From Candidatus Obscuribacteraceae bacterium (GTDB lineage Bacteria; Cyanobacteriota; Vampirovibrionia; Obscuribacterales; Obscuribacteraceae), in the NCBI GenBank assembly GCA_044229845.1, contig JBGASG010000010.1, forward strand, positions 125,462 through 189,461: DNA of 64,000 nt, written 5' to 3'. Positions 47,911-57,996 of this stretch are shown one piece after another (position 1 is the first letter of the stretch; the number at the start of each line of letters is the position of its first letter). Under the pieces are notes generated by a model that saw nothing but the letters and a program-made list of their open reading frames with translations, ran no database searches and was not told where the DNA came from. The position numbers were made by a program, and so were the translations under genes.

Positions 47911-50900
47911 GTTGTCCGCTGCGCCGCCGGGTTTTTGTAGATGTTGAAGTACTTCGCTTCCGGATGACAGACCACGATGGCCGAAGTACTCTGCTCAGGG
48001 ACGATATGAAACTCTTCAGTTAAACTTACCCCGATGCGCTCGGGTTCCAACAGCTGGAAGAGCTGAACCTGATCTTCCAGATTGGGGCAAGCCGGATAAC
48101 CAAAACTGTAGCGGGAGCCGCGGTAGCCCTGGTTCAACAGTTTCGCCACGTCGGAGGAGTCCTCAGCCGACAGCCCCAGTTCCGCGCGTATCCGTTTGTG
48201 CATCACTTCGGCAAGCGCTTCGGCAGTTTCCACAGACAATCCATGGAAATAGAGGTAGTCCGAATACTGGTCGGACTTGAACAGTTTCTCGCTATAGTCC
48301 GAAGCCTGGGCACCGACCGTGACTATCTGCGCCGGCAGCACGTCCATGACACCCTCATCGACCGAGGCAAAGTAATCGGCAATGCAGAGGTGGCGACCGT
48401 GATCCTGGCGCGGGAATGAGAAGCGCACCCACTCGGTCTTTTGATCTTCGCGATAGACAATCAGGTCGTTGTCTTTTGATTGCACCGGGAAGTAGCCATA
48501 GACAACCTTCGGTATCAGCAAGTTTTCTTCGATTGCCTGTTTCTTCAAGCGCGCCAGCACCGGGCGCACCTTCTCGTTCAGCAAAGCCTCGTACTCGGCA
48601 TCCGGCATCTCACCCTGGCGCACTCGCCATTGCCCGCGAATCAGAACATTCTCGTTCAGATAGGGGAAGACATCAGCGACCGGTATGTCTTCGACCACGC
48701 GCGAACCCCAGAATGGCGGAGTAACAACCGGCACACCGCGTTTAACATCGGAGCGCCTGGTATTGCTGGTGGTGACGACCGGAACTTCGGGGGCTTTGCC
48801 GGTTTTGCCGTTTCGGTCACCGTCAGCGGCCCCCACGGGTTGCTCGGCTCCATTTCGCTTGTCGCCATTGGCGGTGATGCCCGCGAATTCAGCCAGTCCG
48901 GCCTCGCCTTTGTTGGCCAGCGCCTCCATATACTTGAGGTCATCGAAAGCATCTTGGCCGTAGACGACCAGTCCGTCGTAGACGTCGCGGCAGTCTTCCT
49001 CGACGTACCGCCGGGTGAGAGCGGCACCGCCCAGGACCACGGGGATTTTTATGCCGCGATCGTTGAGAATTTCCAGATTCTCCTTCATGATCACCGTCGA
49101 TTTGACCAGCAACCCGCTCATACCTATGCAATCAGCTTTATGTTCTTGCGCCGCGGCGATGATGTTTTCGATCGGCTGCTTGATGCCCAGGTTCAAGACC
49201 CGGTAGCCGTTGTTGGTGAGAATGATATCGACCAGGTTTTTGCCGATGTCGTGCACGTCGCCCTTGACCGTGGCTAGAACCATCGTGCCGCGCGTGGCGC
49301 CTTCGACTTTTTCCATGAAAGGTTCGAGGTAAGAAACAGCCGCTTTCATTGTTTCTGCAGATTGCAGCACAAAAGGCAACTGCATCTTGCCGGAACCGAA
49401 CAGGTCGCCGACCACTTTCATACCGTCCAGCAAAATCTCATTGATGATGGCCAGGGGTGCATACTTCTCCATAGCCTTGGCCAGGTCTTTTTCCAGATCT
49501 ACACGATCGCCGTCGATAATGCGCTGCTTCAGCACCTCCTCGACAGGCAAGTTGCTGTCGATTTTCTTTGGTCCGCCACCTTCTTTTTTCTTGGCTTTGT
49601 AGAAATCGAGCAGTGTGAAGAGCGGATCGTAATCAGGCGTTCGTTCATCGAAGATCAGCTTGCGATGGAACTCGCGCTCTTCTTCGGCAATTTTGTAGAG
49701 CGGCAGAATTTTCTGCGCGTGCACGATCGCCATATCCAGGCCCGCTTCCACTGCGTAATGCAGAAACACCGAATTGAGCACGTGGCGAATCGATGGATTG
49801 AAACCGAACGAGATGTTGCTGACACCGAGGATGGTTTTGACCCCGGGCAACTCTTGCTTGATACGGCGAATACCCTCCAGTGTCTCCATGCCGAGGCGCC
49901 GGTCATCTTCGTTGCCGGTGGACAACGTAAAGGTCAGGGCATCGAAGATCAGATCTTCGGGCTTCATTCCCTGCTCCATGCACAGCAAAAGAATGCGCTT
50001 GGCGATTTCAAATTTCTTCTCGGCAGTCTTCGCCATGCCCGCTTCGTCGATAGTCAGCGCAATCGCAGCGGCACCAAACCGGCGAATCAACTCAACCTTC
50101 TTGAGCATCTTATCGACGCCATCTTCCAGGTTGATAGAGTTGACGATTGCCCGTCCGGCAATCAGCTCCAGCGAAGCCGCCAGCACGGGAAACTCAGTCG
50201 TATCGACGACCAACGGCAGTTGAGACTCTGTGTTCAGCCGCTTGATATATGTGGTCATATCGCGCACTTCATTGCGACCCACGTAGGCAGTGCAAACGTC
50301 GATCATGTGGGAGCCTTCGCGCTCTTGCGCGCGAGCCATGGCCACCATGCCGTCCCAGTCTTCGACTTCCAGCAACTCTTTAAATTTCTTGCTGCCGTTG
50401 GTGTTGGCGCGCTCGCCAACCAGAAGTGGTGGCACATCTATAGTCAGGGGCACCGCAGTGTACAGGCTGCAAACCGAAGGCAGTTCGGTGATCTGGCGTT
50501 TTTTCGGTTCGACATGTCCGACCACTTCGCAAACGCGTTTTAAGTGCTCGGGAGTGGTGCCGCAGCAACCGCCGATGATGTTGACACCTTCCTTCTGGAC
50601 AAAGTGCTTGAGCGCATTGGCCAGATCATCCGGCGTCAATTTGTAGACGGTCTGCCCGCCGACGTTCTCAGGCAGCCCGGCATTGGGCAACACGGAGACG
50701 TACTTCCTGGAGTTTTCGCAAAGATGGCGGATCGGATCCATCATCTCGGCAGGACCGGTTGCGCAGTTCATGCCGATCACGTCAATATCGAACGGCGAAA
50801 GCGCCGTCAACGCCGCCGAGATATCAGAGCCCGTGAGCATGGTGCCCAGAGGCGGTGCCTCGATCGTGAACTGACAAATCACGGGCACGCGCCGCCCGAT

Positions 50901-51443
50901 CACCTTGAAGTACTCTTCCATAGCCACAATTGCGGCTTTGCATTGCAGCAGGTCTTGCCCGGTTTCGAATTGCAGCACGTCGGCGCCGCCGTCCACGAGT
51001 CCGCGCACCTGCTCGTAGTACGCGTCCTTCATATCTTTGAAGGTGATGTGTCCGAGCGACGGCAGCTTTGTGGTAGGTCCGATAGAGCCTGAGACGAAAC
51101 AACGGCGTCCACCGGTGGAATAGTCGCCGGCTACACCGCGGGCCAGTTCTGCCGCCTTCTTGTTCAACTCATAGGCGCGATCGGCAATGCCGAATTCGGC
51201 AAGCACTACAGGCGATCCGCCGAACGTGTCGGTTTCGACGACATCACAGCCGGCCGCGAAATACTGGCTGTGAATCTCAGCAATTACATCCGGGCGGCTC
51301 TCAACTAATATCTCCGGGCAGTTCTCGAGTCCCTGGTAGTCGTCCAGCGATAGATCATATTTATGAATAGACGTCCCCATAGCGCCATCAAAGATGACCA
51401 CTTTTTCGCGCAAAAGGCTCAGGAATGGACTCGTCATGCGCAC
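47907..51443 (-). CDS. metH: Cobalamin-dependent methionine synthase
   Basis: DGAMGT, GGCCGTTP, GERANTNGSK, KGDVHDIGKN, RYSFGYPACP. Confidence 0.98.
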   Translation of the reverse strand: MRMTSPFLSLLREKVVIFDGAMGTSIHKYDLSLDDYQGLENCPEILVESRPDVIAEIHSQYFAAGCDVVETDTFGGSPVVLAEFGIADRAYELNKKAAELARGVAGDYSTGGRRCFVSGSIGPTTKLPSLGHITFKDMKDAYYEQVRGLVDGGADVLQFETGQDLLQCKAAIVAMEEYFKVIGRRVPVICQFTIEAPPLGTMLTGSDISAALTALSPFDIDVIGMNCATGPAEMMDPIRHLCENSRKYVSVLPNAGLPENVGGQTVYKLTPDDLANALKHFVQKEGVNIIGGCCGTTPEHLKRVCEVVGHVEPKKRQITELPSVCSLYTAVPLTIDVPPLLVGERANTNGSKKFKELLEVEDWDGMVAMARAQEREGSHMIDVCTAYVGRNEVRDMTTYIKRLNTESQLPLVVDTTEFPVLAASLELIAGRAIVNSINLEDGVDKMLKKVELIRRFGAAAIALTIDEAGMAKTAEKKFEIAKRILLLCMEQGMKPEDLIFDALTFTLSTGNEDDRRLGMETLEGIRRIKQELPGVKTILGVSNISFGFNPSIRHVLNSVFLHYAVEAGLDMAIVHAQKILPLYKIAEEEREFHRKLIFDERTPDYDPLFTLLDFYKAKKKEGGGPKKIDSNLPVEEVLKQRIIDGDRVDLEKDLAKAMEKYAPLAIINEILLDGMKVVGDLFGSGKMQLPFVLQSAETMKAAVSYLEPFMEKVEGATRGTMVLATVKGDVHDIGKNLVDIILTNNGYRVLNLGIKQPIENIIAAAQEHKADCIGMSGLLVKSTVIMKENLEILNDRGIKIPVVLGGAALTRRYVEEDCRDVYDGLVVYGQDAFDDLKYMEALANKGEAGLAEFAGITANGDKRNGAEQPVGAADGDRNGKTGKAPEVPVVTTSNTRRSDVKRGVPVVTPPFWGSRVVEDIPVADVFPYLNENVLIRGQWRVRQGEMPDAEYEALLNEKVRPVLARLKKQAIEENLLIPKVVYGYFPVQSKDNDLIVYREDQKTEWVRFSFPRQDHGRHLCIADYFASVDEGVMDVLPAQIVTVGAQASDYSEKLFKSDQYSDYLYFHGLSVETAEALAEVMHKRIRAELGLSAEDSSDVAKLLNQGYRGSRYSFGYPACPNLEDQVQLFQLLEPERIGVSLTEEFHIVPEQSTSAIVVCHPEAKYFNIYKNPAAQRTT

Positions 51444-51459
51444 GATCCTAACTTAAAAG

Positions 51460-51600
51460 CACCCGCCCGTCGCCCATTTGTGTACCGCCTTCGAGCGGAC
51501 CCCTGCCGTTTCATCCTTGGGAAGAGGTCCCGGAATCAGCAGGGTCCGAAATGTCCGCCAGGCAGCCGCCGGGGGCAATTTCACAAAACTAACACGCCGT
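51460..51600 (-). promoter_or_regulatory. Structured metH leader, candidate cis-regulatory RNA
   Basis: Long hairpin 51496-51548, closing pair 51477-51482/51582-51587 and mutually exclusive pairings of GCGGAC (51495-51500). Confidence 0.4.
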
Positions 51601-51807
51601 TTCACAACTCTGACACACACCACCTGTAATCTAGCAGCGTGGAAGTTTTCCACGTCGCCCCCACCCTGATATGAGCTTTTCGGACTACCGACTGAATCGG
51701 TCTAACAGCTGATAACCAGCACTGCAGACGATTTAATCTAGTTTCCCAAAAGATTTCATTTACCAATCCCCCAGATGTAGTGTATATAAGAGGCTTAGGA
51801 GGTTGTC

Positions 51808-52353
51808 ATGCTTCCCCTGTCCCGCCCCCACTTACTAATTATCGGAATCGGCGCTGCGATACTCGCTTCGTCTTTGCCTTGCAAGGCAGATGAAATGACC
51901 AATGCCGAGATTCTTCGCCGCAAGGCTTCGATCCGCTACACCACCGGTTATACGAAGACTGTTGGTTGGGAAAAAGGTCTGGTCGATGGCGACTCCAACC
52001 TGGGGCACTGGCACTGGAGCCCGATGATCAACTATCAACAAGGCTACCGCAAAGTACCGGCCGGACAGAGCCAGAAGACGACCCAGCTCGCTCAGCGCCC
52101 GCAAGGCGGCATCTATGTCAAACCGACCAAAGTGGCATTGCCGCAGCGCCATTACGACTGGAGCTACCTCAAGAAGTATCAACGCCGCACCACCACCGAC
52201 ACCTCGGTCGTGTTGACTGCGCACCAACCCAACAATGCCGAACCGGTTGAAGCCAAAGCCTACGGCGGCGGTTACGGCGATTGCAACGCGAAGATTCGCG
52301 CCTCAAAAGATTCACTTGCCAACAAGGAAGTGTCCGGACGCCTACTAAAATAA
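51808..52353 (+). CDS. Hypothetical secreted protein
   Basis: AGGAGG RBS, signal peptide, basic/aromatic mature part (HWHWSP). Confidence 0.7.
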   Translation: MLPLSRPHLLIIGIGAAILASSLPCKADEMTNAEILRRKASIRYTTGYTKTVGWEKGLVDGDSNLGHWHWSPMINYQQGYRKVPAGQSQKTTQLAQRPQGGIYVKPTKVALPQRHYDWSYLKKYQRRTTTDTSVVLTAHQPNNAEPVEAKAYGGGYGDCNAKIRASKDSLANKEVSGRLLK

Positions 52354-52452
52354 TATGCTGAAGCTCGCCGAAAAGCCGAGGCATAGGACCTGACCCTAAG
52401 CAATCGAATCAGAAACAGAGCAACCTGGGCAACGCCTTTCGGCGCGGTCATC

Positions 52453-53595
52453 ATGTTGCTCGTTTTTGTTTTGGCAACTGCTGAGACTCTCGCTGCACCG
52501 CCGGAGAGGGCGCAACCCAAGCCGAAAGTACCTCAGAAAGTGGACGGCATCACGTTGCCGCCGGGATTCAAGATCGAGGTCTATGCCGACAACGTACCAG
52601 GGGCCCGCTCGCTGGCGCTCAGTCCATCAGGTGTTCTGTTCGTCGGCACGCGCGATGCCGACGGCAAAGTCTATGCAGTGCTGGACCGCAACAAAGACAA
52701 CATAGCCGACGATGTAAAAGTGATCGCGCAAGGCTTGAACTCGCCCAACGGCGTAGCACTGCGCGACAAAGCTCTCTATGTGGCGGAAATCAATCGCATC
52801 TCCCGCTACGACAATATCGAATCCCAGCTCGACAAGCCGCCCAAGCCGGTTGTCGTCTTCGACAAACTGCCCAGCGACACACACCATGGCTGGAAATACA
52901 TCGCTTTCGGTCCCGACGGTTGGCTCTACGTCCCGGTGGGCGCGCCCTGCAATGTCTGCCTCAAACAAGATCCCCGTTACGCCAGCCTGATGCGCGTCAA
53001 TCTGGAGACGGGGCAGAGCGAAGTCTACGCGCACGGCATCCGCAACACGGTCGGCTTTTCCTGGCACCCGACCACGCACCATTTGTGGTTCACCGACAAC
53101 GGGCGCGATTGGCTGGGAGATAACTCACCGCCCGACGAGCTGAATGAAGCTCCTAAAGCCGGCATGCACTTCGGATTTCCGTTTTGCCACGCCGGCACCA
53201 TACTTGATCCCGAGTTCGGCAAGGGGCACACCTGCAAAGAGTACACACCGCCCGTGGTGAAACTTGGACCGCACGTCGCCGCGCTGGGGCTGAAGTTTTA
53301 CACAGGCAGCATGTTTCCTGCCCAGTACAAAGGACGAATCTTTATCGCCGAGCACGGCTCGTGGAACCGCACCACTCCGCTGGGTTATCGCATCACCATG
53401 GTCAGCTTTCCGCCCGGACAGCCGCCGCAATACGAAGTGTTTGCTCAGGGTTGGCTGAACAAGGGCTTCCTGGGCGTCAGCCGTCCATTCGGTCGCCCGG
53501 TGGATGTATTGGTGATGCCCGATGGTGCGCTTTTAGTTTCTGACGACCTGTCCGGCAGAATTTACCGCATCAGCTACGCCGGCTCGCCTCAGTGA
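52453..53595 (+). CDS. Glucose/sorbosone dehydrogenase family (PQQ-type beta-propeller), secreted
   Basis: LPPGFKIEVYA, GAPCNVC, GIRNTVG, FIAEHGSWNR, GRPVDV. Confidence 0.9.
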   Translation: MLLVFVLATAETLAAPPERAQPKPKVPQKVDGITLPPGFKIEVYADNVPGARSLALSPSGVLFVGTRDADGKVYAVLDRNKDNIADDVKVIAQGLNSPNGVALRDKALYVAEINRISRYDNIESQLDKPPKPVVVFDKLPSDTHHGWKYIAFGPDGWLYVPVGAPCNVCLKQDPRYASLMRVNLETGQSEVYAHGIRNTVGFSWHPTTHHLWFTDNGRDWLGDNSPPDELNEAPKAGMHFGFPFCHAGTILDPEFGKGHTCKEYTPPVVKLGPHVAALGLKFYTGSMFPAQYKGRIFIAEHGSWNRTTPLGYRITMVSFPPGQPPQYEVFAQGWLNKGFLGVSRPFGRPVDVLVMPDGALLVSDDLSGRIYRISYAGSPQ

Positions 53596-54710
53596 TGCTG
53601 GCTGAAAACAACGAAGAATATGATGCAAGCAAGCAGGAGTCCGATGATGATGATCGGTATCGGCGGTTTAGGACGCTCCGGAGGCAATTGCTTGAGCTTC
53701 GAAATGCCAGGCAGAGTCACAGAGGAAGTCATTTTGCCGGAAAGCGACAGCGCCACCGATTCCAGATCGCGCTTCAGATCGGACACTGATTGATAGCGTG
53801 CGTCCGGGTCCTTCTCCATCGCCTGGAAGGCTATGTTGCTCAGCTGCTCAGGTATGTAGAGATCGGGGCGAGTTTCATCAAGGGCCTTCGGCTTTTCTTT
53901 GACTTGCATCTGCATGGTTTCCAGCACGCTGCTGCCGACCAGCGGTGCCGAGCCGCTCAGCATCTCGTACATGACGCAGCCGATCGAATAGATGTCCGAG
54001 CGACTATCCAGCGGATGCCCCTGGGTTTGTTCAGGGCTCATGTACAAGGGAGTTCCCAGCACATCTCCAAATTGCGTCAGGTCACCGCGATTGGTGCCGG
54101 GCTCGCCACGAATTTTTGCAAAGCCGAGATCGAACATCTTCACGACGTCGGTATCATTGGCCGTTTCCACCAGCATAATGTTGCCCGGCTTGATGTCACG
54201 GTGAATAATCTTCTGATTGTGCATGTGAGCAACCGCTTCACAGACCTGGGTGAGGATTTTGACGCAGCGCTTCACCCCGACACGCCCTTCTTTCTTGAGA
54301 ACTTTAAGCAGCGTCTCGCCTTCTAAAAAGTCCATCACGATATAGGGCTGGCCACTGCGGGCGGTGCCAACTTCGTGCATACCGATGATGTTGACGTGCA
54401 CCATCTTGATTCCAGCTGATGCCTCGCGCGAGAAACGTGCCGTCAGCTCTGCGTCTTCGACCAGCTCCTGCTTGAGCATTTTGACGGCGACGATCTGCTG
54501 AGTGTAGACGTTGCGTGCGCGATATACGACACTCATACCGCCGCGTCCGACTACCGAAGTAATTTCGTACTTGCCATCCAGCACTGAACCCACATGCGGG
54601 TCTGGAATGACCGGTATAAGCATCTGCCCGTCGCGTGCGCAAACCCGCTCGCCAGCTGTGTATTGCGTCTGGCAAGCAGGACAAACAAAGGTTTTTATTT
54701 CAGCTGGAAT
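53589..54710 (-). CDS. Ser/Thr protein kinase with N-terminal Cys-rich ribbon and C-terminal TM
   Basis: GRGGMS, HRDIKPGN, DLG, GTPLYMSPEQ; frame is open upstream of ATG 54623 through CPAC...CARDG to ATT 54710 (extended start is inferred). Confidence 0.88.
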   Translation of the reverse strand: MPAEIKTFVCPACQTQYTAGERVCARDGQMLIPVIPDPHVGSVLDGKYEITSVVGRGGMSVVYRARNVYTQQIVAVKMLKQELVEDAELTARFSREASAGIKMVHVNIIGMHEVGTARSGQPYIVMDFLEGETLLKVLKKEGRVGVKRCVKILTQVCEAVAHMHNQKIIHRDIKPGNIMLVETANDTDVVKMFDLGFAKIRGEPGTNRGDLTQFGDVLGTPLYMSPEQTQGHPLDSRSDIYSIGCVMYEMLSGSAPLVGSSVLETMQMQVKEKPKALDETRPDLYIPEQLSNIAFQAMEKDPDARYQSVSDLKRDLESVALSLSGKMTSSVTLPGISKLKQLPPERPKPPIPIIIIGLLLACIIFFVVFSQHH

Positions 54711-54773
54711 CTGCTAAACCGCCTAACCCGCCCGGACCATAATAGCCCAATTTTGAGCCCAGTCCAGTAACGG

Positions 54774-55400
54774 CTAATTTTCGGTGCCGGTTTCTCCACT
54801 GGTAGTGGTCATGCCACTTTCGCCGGCTGTGGTAGTGGTGAACACGCCAGTAGTCATGGCGCCCATGCCCGTGGTGGTCGTTGTCGGGTCACTGTTGCCT
54901 GCGCTTCCGGAGTTGCCTCCAGTCGTGAATGAGTTACCAATCAAGTCATCGGATGCCATCACCCAGGTAATGGGATAGGTCTGCTTGGCTTTGAGCTCCA
55001 CACCATTCGGGACAATCGCCGCAACGAGAAACGGCGGATGCACCGTCACCGACGTCTGCACCGTCACCTCGCCATCGACCTGTCCCCCGAAGGGTTTGGC
55101 CGGCAGCGGATCGCGCACTGTCTCCCAAACTAGAATGGGTGAGTTGATCGAGATGTTTCCAGCGCACTGAGCGCGTTTGCGGCTCACCACCGCTTCCGCC
55201 CGTTTTTTGGGTTCTGCGTTGGCAATTGCACTGGGCGGACCATTCGCCGCCGCGCGCGCCGCATCTCGACAAAGTTCGCTGTTGAATGCCGAACCGATAA
55301 TCAGCGTGCCAATGTCAAAGAGAATCAGGATCACCGGGATCAGTGCAATCAGCCCAACCAAAAGTTCCGTTATCGATTGAGCGCGGGCACGCGTTTTCAT
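54774..55400 (-). CDS. TadE-like pseudopilin with Thr/Gly-rich tail
   Basis: RAQSITE followed by a hydrophobic helix, RDAARAAA; start ATG 55400. Confidence 0.75.
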   Translation of the reverse strand: MKTRARAQSITELLVGLIALIPVILILFDIGTLIIGSAFNSELCRDAARAAANGPPSAIANAEPKKRAEAVVSRKRAQCAGNISINSPILVWETVRDPLPAKPFGGQVDGEVTVQTSVTVHPPFLVAAIVPNGVELKAKQTYPITWVMASDDLIGNSFTTGGNSGSAGNSDPTTTTTGMGAMTTGVFTTTTAGESGMTTTSGETGTEN

Positions 55401-55566
55401 TGAAAAACCGCTCCGAGAAGGTCGGGCCTCCCTATCAATATTCCCGATTCTTGTATCTTTCTTGCTAAAAAATAGCGCTGGGACAGCCCCTCCGACAAGG
55501 GCGCCAATATGCTTGAAAACGGCTACTGGTGGCATAAATGATGTGTTGTCCTCTGGAAGTGCCCGT

Positions 55567-57996
55567 GTGAGCGACGAAAAACAGCCGCCGCAACCAAATT
55601 TGCGTGAGCCGGATCTGGTGATCTCCACTCCGCCGGAAATCGCTACTTCGCTGCCCTCTGAAATCGCCGAACAGACCGAGGACGAAAATAAACTGGTTGG
55701 CACGGTAGTTATGGACCGGTATCTCGTGCAGTCAATCGCGGGACGCGGCGGCATGAGCGTCGTGTATAAGTCTCTGCACTTGCTGCTCAAACGCCCGATC
55801 GCACTGAAAACACTGCACAAACAGCTATCCAACCAGGCGAAACACATTCAGCGCTTCAAGGTGGAAGCGCAGGCAGCAAGCAGACTATCGCATGAGAACA
55901 TCGTTTCGGTTTACGACTTCGGCGTGCTCACCAACGATTGCGCCTTTCTGGCCATGGAATACGTGGAAGGACGCCAGCTGGCGGAGATCATCCACAAAGA
56001 AAGGCACTTTCAGCTGGAGCGGGCGATCGAGCTGACGATTCAGTGCTGCAATGCCTTGCAGCACGCACACGACAACGGCGTCGTGCACCGTGACTTGAAA
56101 CCCAGCAACGTGATTATCACTCACAAAGATAAAGGCGTTGAGTCCGTCAAGATAGTCGACTTCGGCATCGCCAAAGTTTGGGAGGACGATCAGCAATTGA
56201 CACGCACCGGCGAGACCGTCGGCAGTCCACCCTACATGAGTCCCGAGCAATGCCGCGGCGACGAAAATTTAGATGCTCGCAGCGACATCTACTCGCTTGG
56301 TTGCCTGTTCTACGAAATGCTCTGCGGCAAGGCACCGCTAACGGGCGGCACCGTATATGAAACCATTCACAAACAGATCAACGAAATGCCGCGCAGCATA
56401 TCCCACACCCGCGACGATATCAAAGCCGTTGCGGAAGTCGATGATGTCTTGCTCAAGGCACTGTCCAAAAACCCGGACGCCCGCTATCAATCGATGGAGG
56501 AGTTCAAAGAAGCACTGATCAAACTGCGTACTCAGGTGCATGGACATCAATCCATCGCCGACAAACTGTCCACTAAAGTTTCGGTATTGAGCAGGCGGTA
56601 TTTGGCGGGACGGCAAGGCAACTATAAACCGCTGAAAGCAGGGCTCCTTTGCCTGGCACTGTGTGCAGCCGGAGTGGGCGGACTCAACTACTTGCAGACA
56701 CAGGTTGCCGAAGCACCATCCGCCAATCCGCCTGCAATCGAGCTACAGCTGCCGGATACCGGCGAAAGCTATGAAAAGACTTTTGACACCCGGATGCAAG
56801 TTGCACGAGGTCTCATGGATCGGGGCAAACCCGCGATTAACGAATTGGAAGCGGCTTCGACTGCTGCTTTGACGGCGTTCGGAGAACAGGACGGTCGGTA
56901 TTTGCAGGCGTTGCAATTTCTCAAATCTGAATACTCCCTCGCCAATCGGGAAAAAGAGGCTCAGGCAGTACAGTCTGAAATACAGCGCATCGATCGGTTT
57001 CTCATTCCACTGGGTGATCCGCTCGGAAACAGCGCCCGCATTCAAGACCTGATTATAAAACAACAGTCCGACCCGACCAACAAAACCATCGCACACGATC
57101 TGATTGTCACTTTGACCAATCAGGCGCAGATTTTGAGGCTTGCCGGTCGGCACGAAGAATCTAAAAGGGATGCCCTGCAAGCGATCGCTTTAGCCGAGAA
57201 ACACTTCCCGGGAGATAGCCTGTCCATCCGCTCCCGCATCGTCCTGGCAGGTGAACTGCGCTCCGAAGGACGCCGCGACCTGGCATCGCTCGAATACAAA
57301 AAGATAGCCGCTCTTGGCCAACAGGCAAAATCCACAGAAGCGGTGCAGGGACTGTCCGCCTACGCGCTCGCCGAAGACGACTACTATGCCAATAGATCCG
57401 CAGATGCGCTGCGGCGCCACCGCGAAGCAATCCAACACTTTCGCAAATTTTACGCAGGCCCCTCGCCCCAAGAAGCCGATGCCACAGAGGGTCTGGCCAA
57501 AACACTGGCTGCTACTGGTGACTTCGCAGGCGCCGAGAAGAATATGCTGGCCGCCATAGACATGAGTCGCACAGTGGAGGGTCCGCGCAACATCACACTC
57601 GGAAAGCGCACTCTAAACCTGGGCTGGATCTACATGAAGAGCAAGAACTGGCCTAAAGCAGAGTCCACGCTGAAACAGGCTATGGACATTCTTTATCGCA
57701 ACAGCCTGGGCGACTCGCTGGCTATGGCGCGCGCCGCAGCGCAGCTGGGGCACGTTTACTACTTTCAAAACAAATACGATCTGGCAGAGCCATACCTGAA
57801 GCAAGCGATCGTGCTGTTTGCCCGCAACGACCGCCACGAGAAAGAGGAGTACTGGAAATCCTTGCCGGCGGAGTTCGGCGAAAGCGCCCAGCGGTTGCTC
57901 GACATTTACAACAAACAAAAGCGCTACAAAGACATAACCAAACTGAACGAGCTGGTCAAGAAGGCTCGCTTCGAAGCACAGTCCAAGCAACAGTAG
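55567..57996 (+). CDS. Ser/Thr protein kinase with TM and TPR repeats
   Basis: GRGGMS, IALK, HRDLKPSN, DFG, GSPPYMSPEQ; TPR C-terminus; start approximate. Confidence 0.93.
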   Translation: MSDEKQPPQPNLREPDLVISTPPEIATSLPSEIAEQTEDENKLVGTVVMDRYLVQSIAGRGGMSVVYKSLHLLLKRPIALKTLHKQLSNQAKHIQRFKVEAQAASRLSHENIVSVYDFGVLTNDCAFLAMEYVEGRQLAEIIHKERHFQLERAIELTIQCCNALQHAHDNGVVHRDLKPSNVIITHKDKGVESVKIVDFGIAKVWEDDQQLTRTGETVGSPPYMSPEQCRGDENLDARSDIYSLGCLFYEMLCGKAPLTGGTVYETIHKQINEMPRSISHTRDDIKAVAEVDDVLLKALSKNPDARYQSMEEFKEALIKLRTQVHGHQSIADKLSTKVSVLSRRYLAGRQGNYKPLKAGLLCLALCAAGVGGLNYLQTQVAEAPSANPPAIELQLPDTGESYEKTFDTRMQVARGLMDRGKPAINELEAASTAALTAFGEQDGRYLQALQFLKSEYSLANREKEAQAVQSEIQRIDRFLIPLGDPLGNSARIQDLIIKQQSDPTNKTIAHDLIVTLTNQAQILRLAGRHEESKRDALQAIALAEKHFPGDSLSIRSRIVLAGELRSEGRRDLASLEYKKIAALGQQAKSTEAVQGLSAYALAEDDYYANRSADALRRHREAIQHFRKFYAGPSPQEADATEGLAKTLAATGDFAGAEKNMLAAIDMSRTVEGPRNITLGKRTLNLGWIYMKSKNWPKAESTLKQAMDILYRNSLGDSLAMARAAAQLGHVYYFQNKYDLAEPYLKQAIVLFARNDRHEKEEYWKSLPAEFGESAQRLLDIYNKQKRYKDITKLNELVKKARFEAQSKQQ

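Noticed and set aside
51460..51600. Canonical SAM-I, SAH, ZTP or cobalamin riboswitch upstream of metH
   Set aside because: Core consensus motifs not found by eye; kept only as an unclassified structured leader.
55401..55847. N-terminal 149 aa of the 357-aa ORF 54774..55847
   Set aside because: Mostly overlaps the kinase on the opposite strand; the pilin motif begins at ATG 55400.
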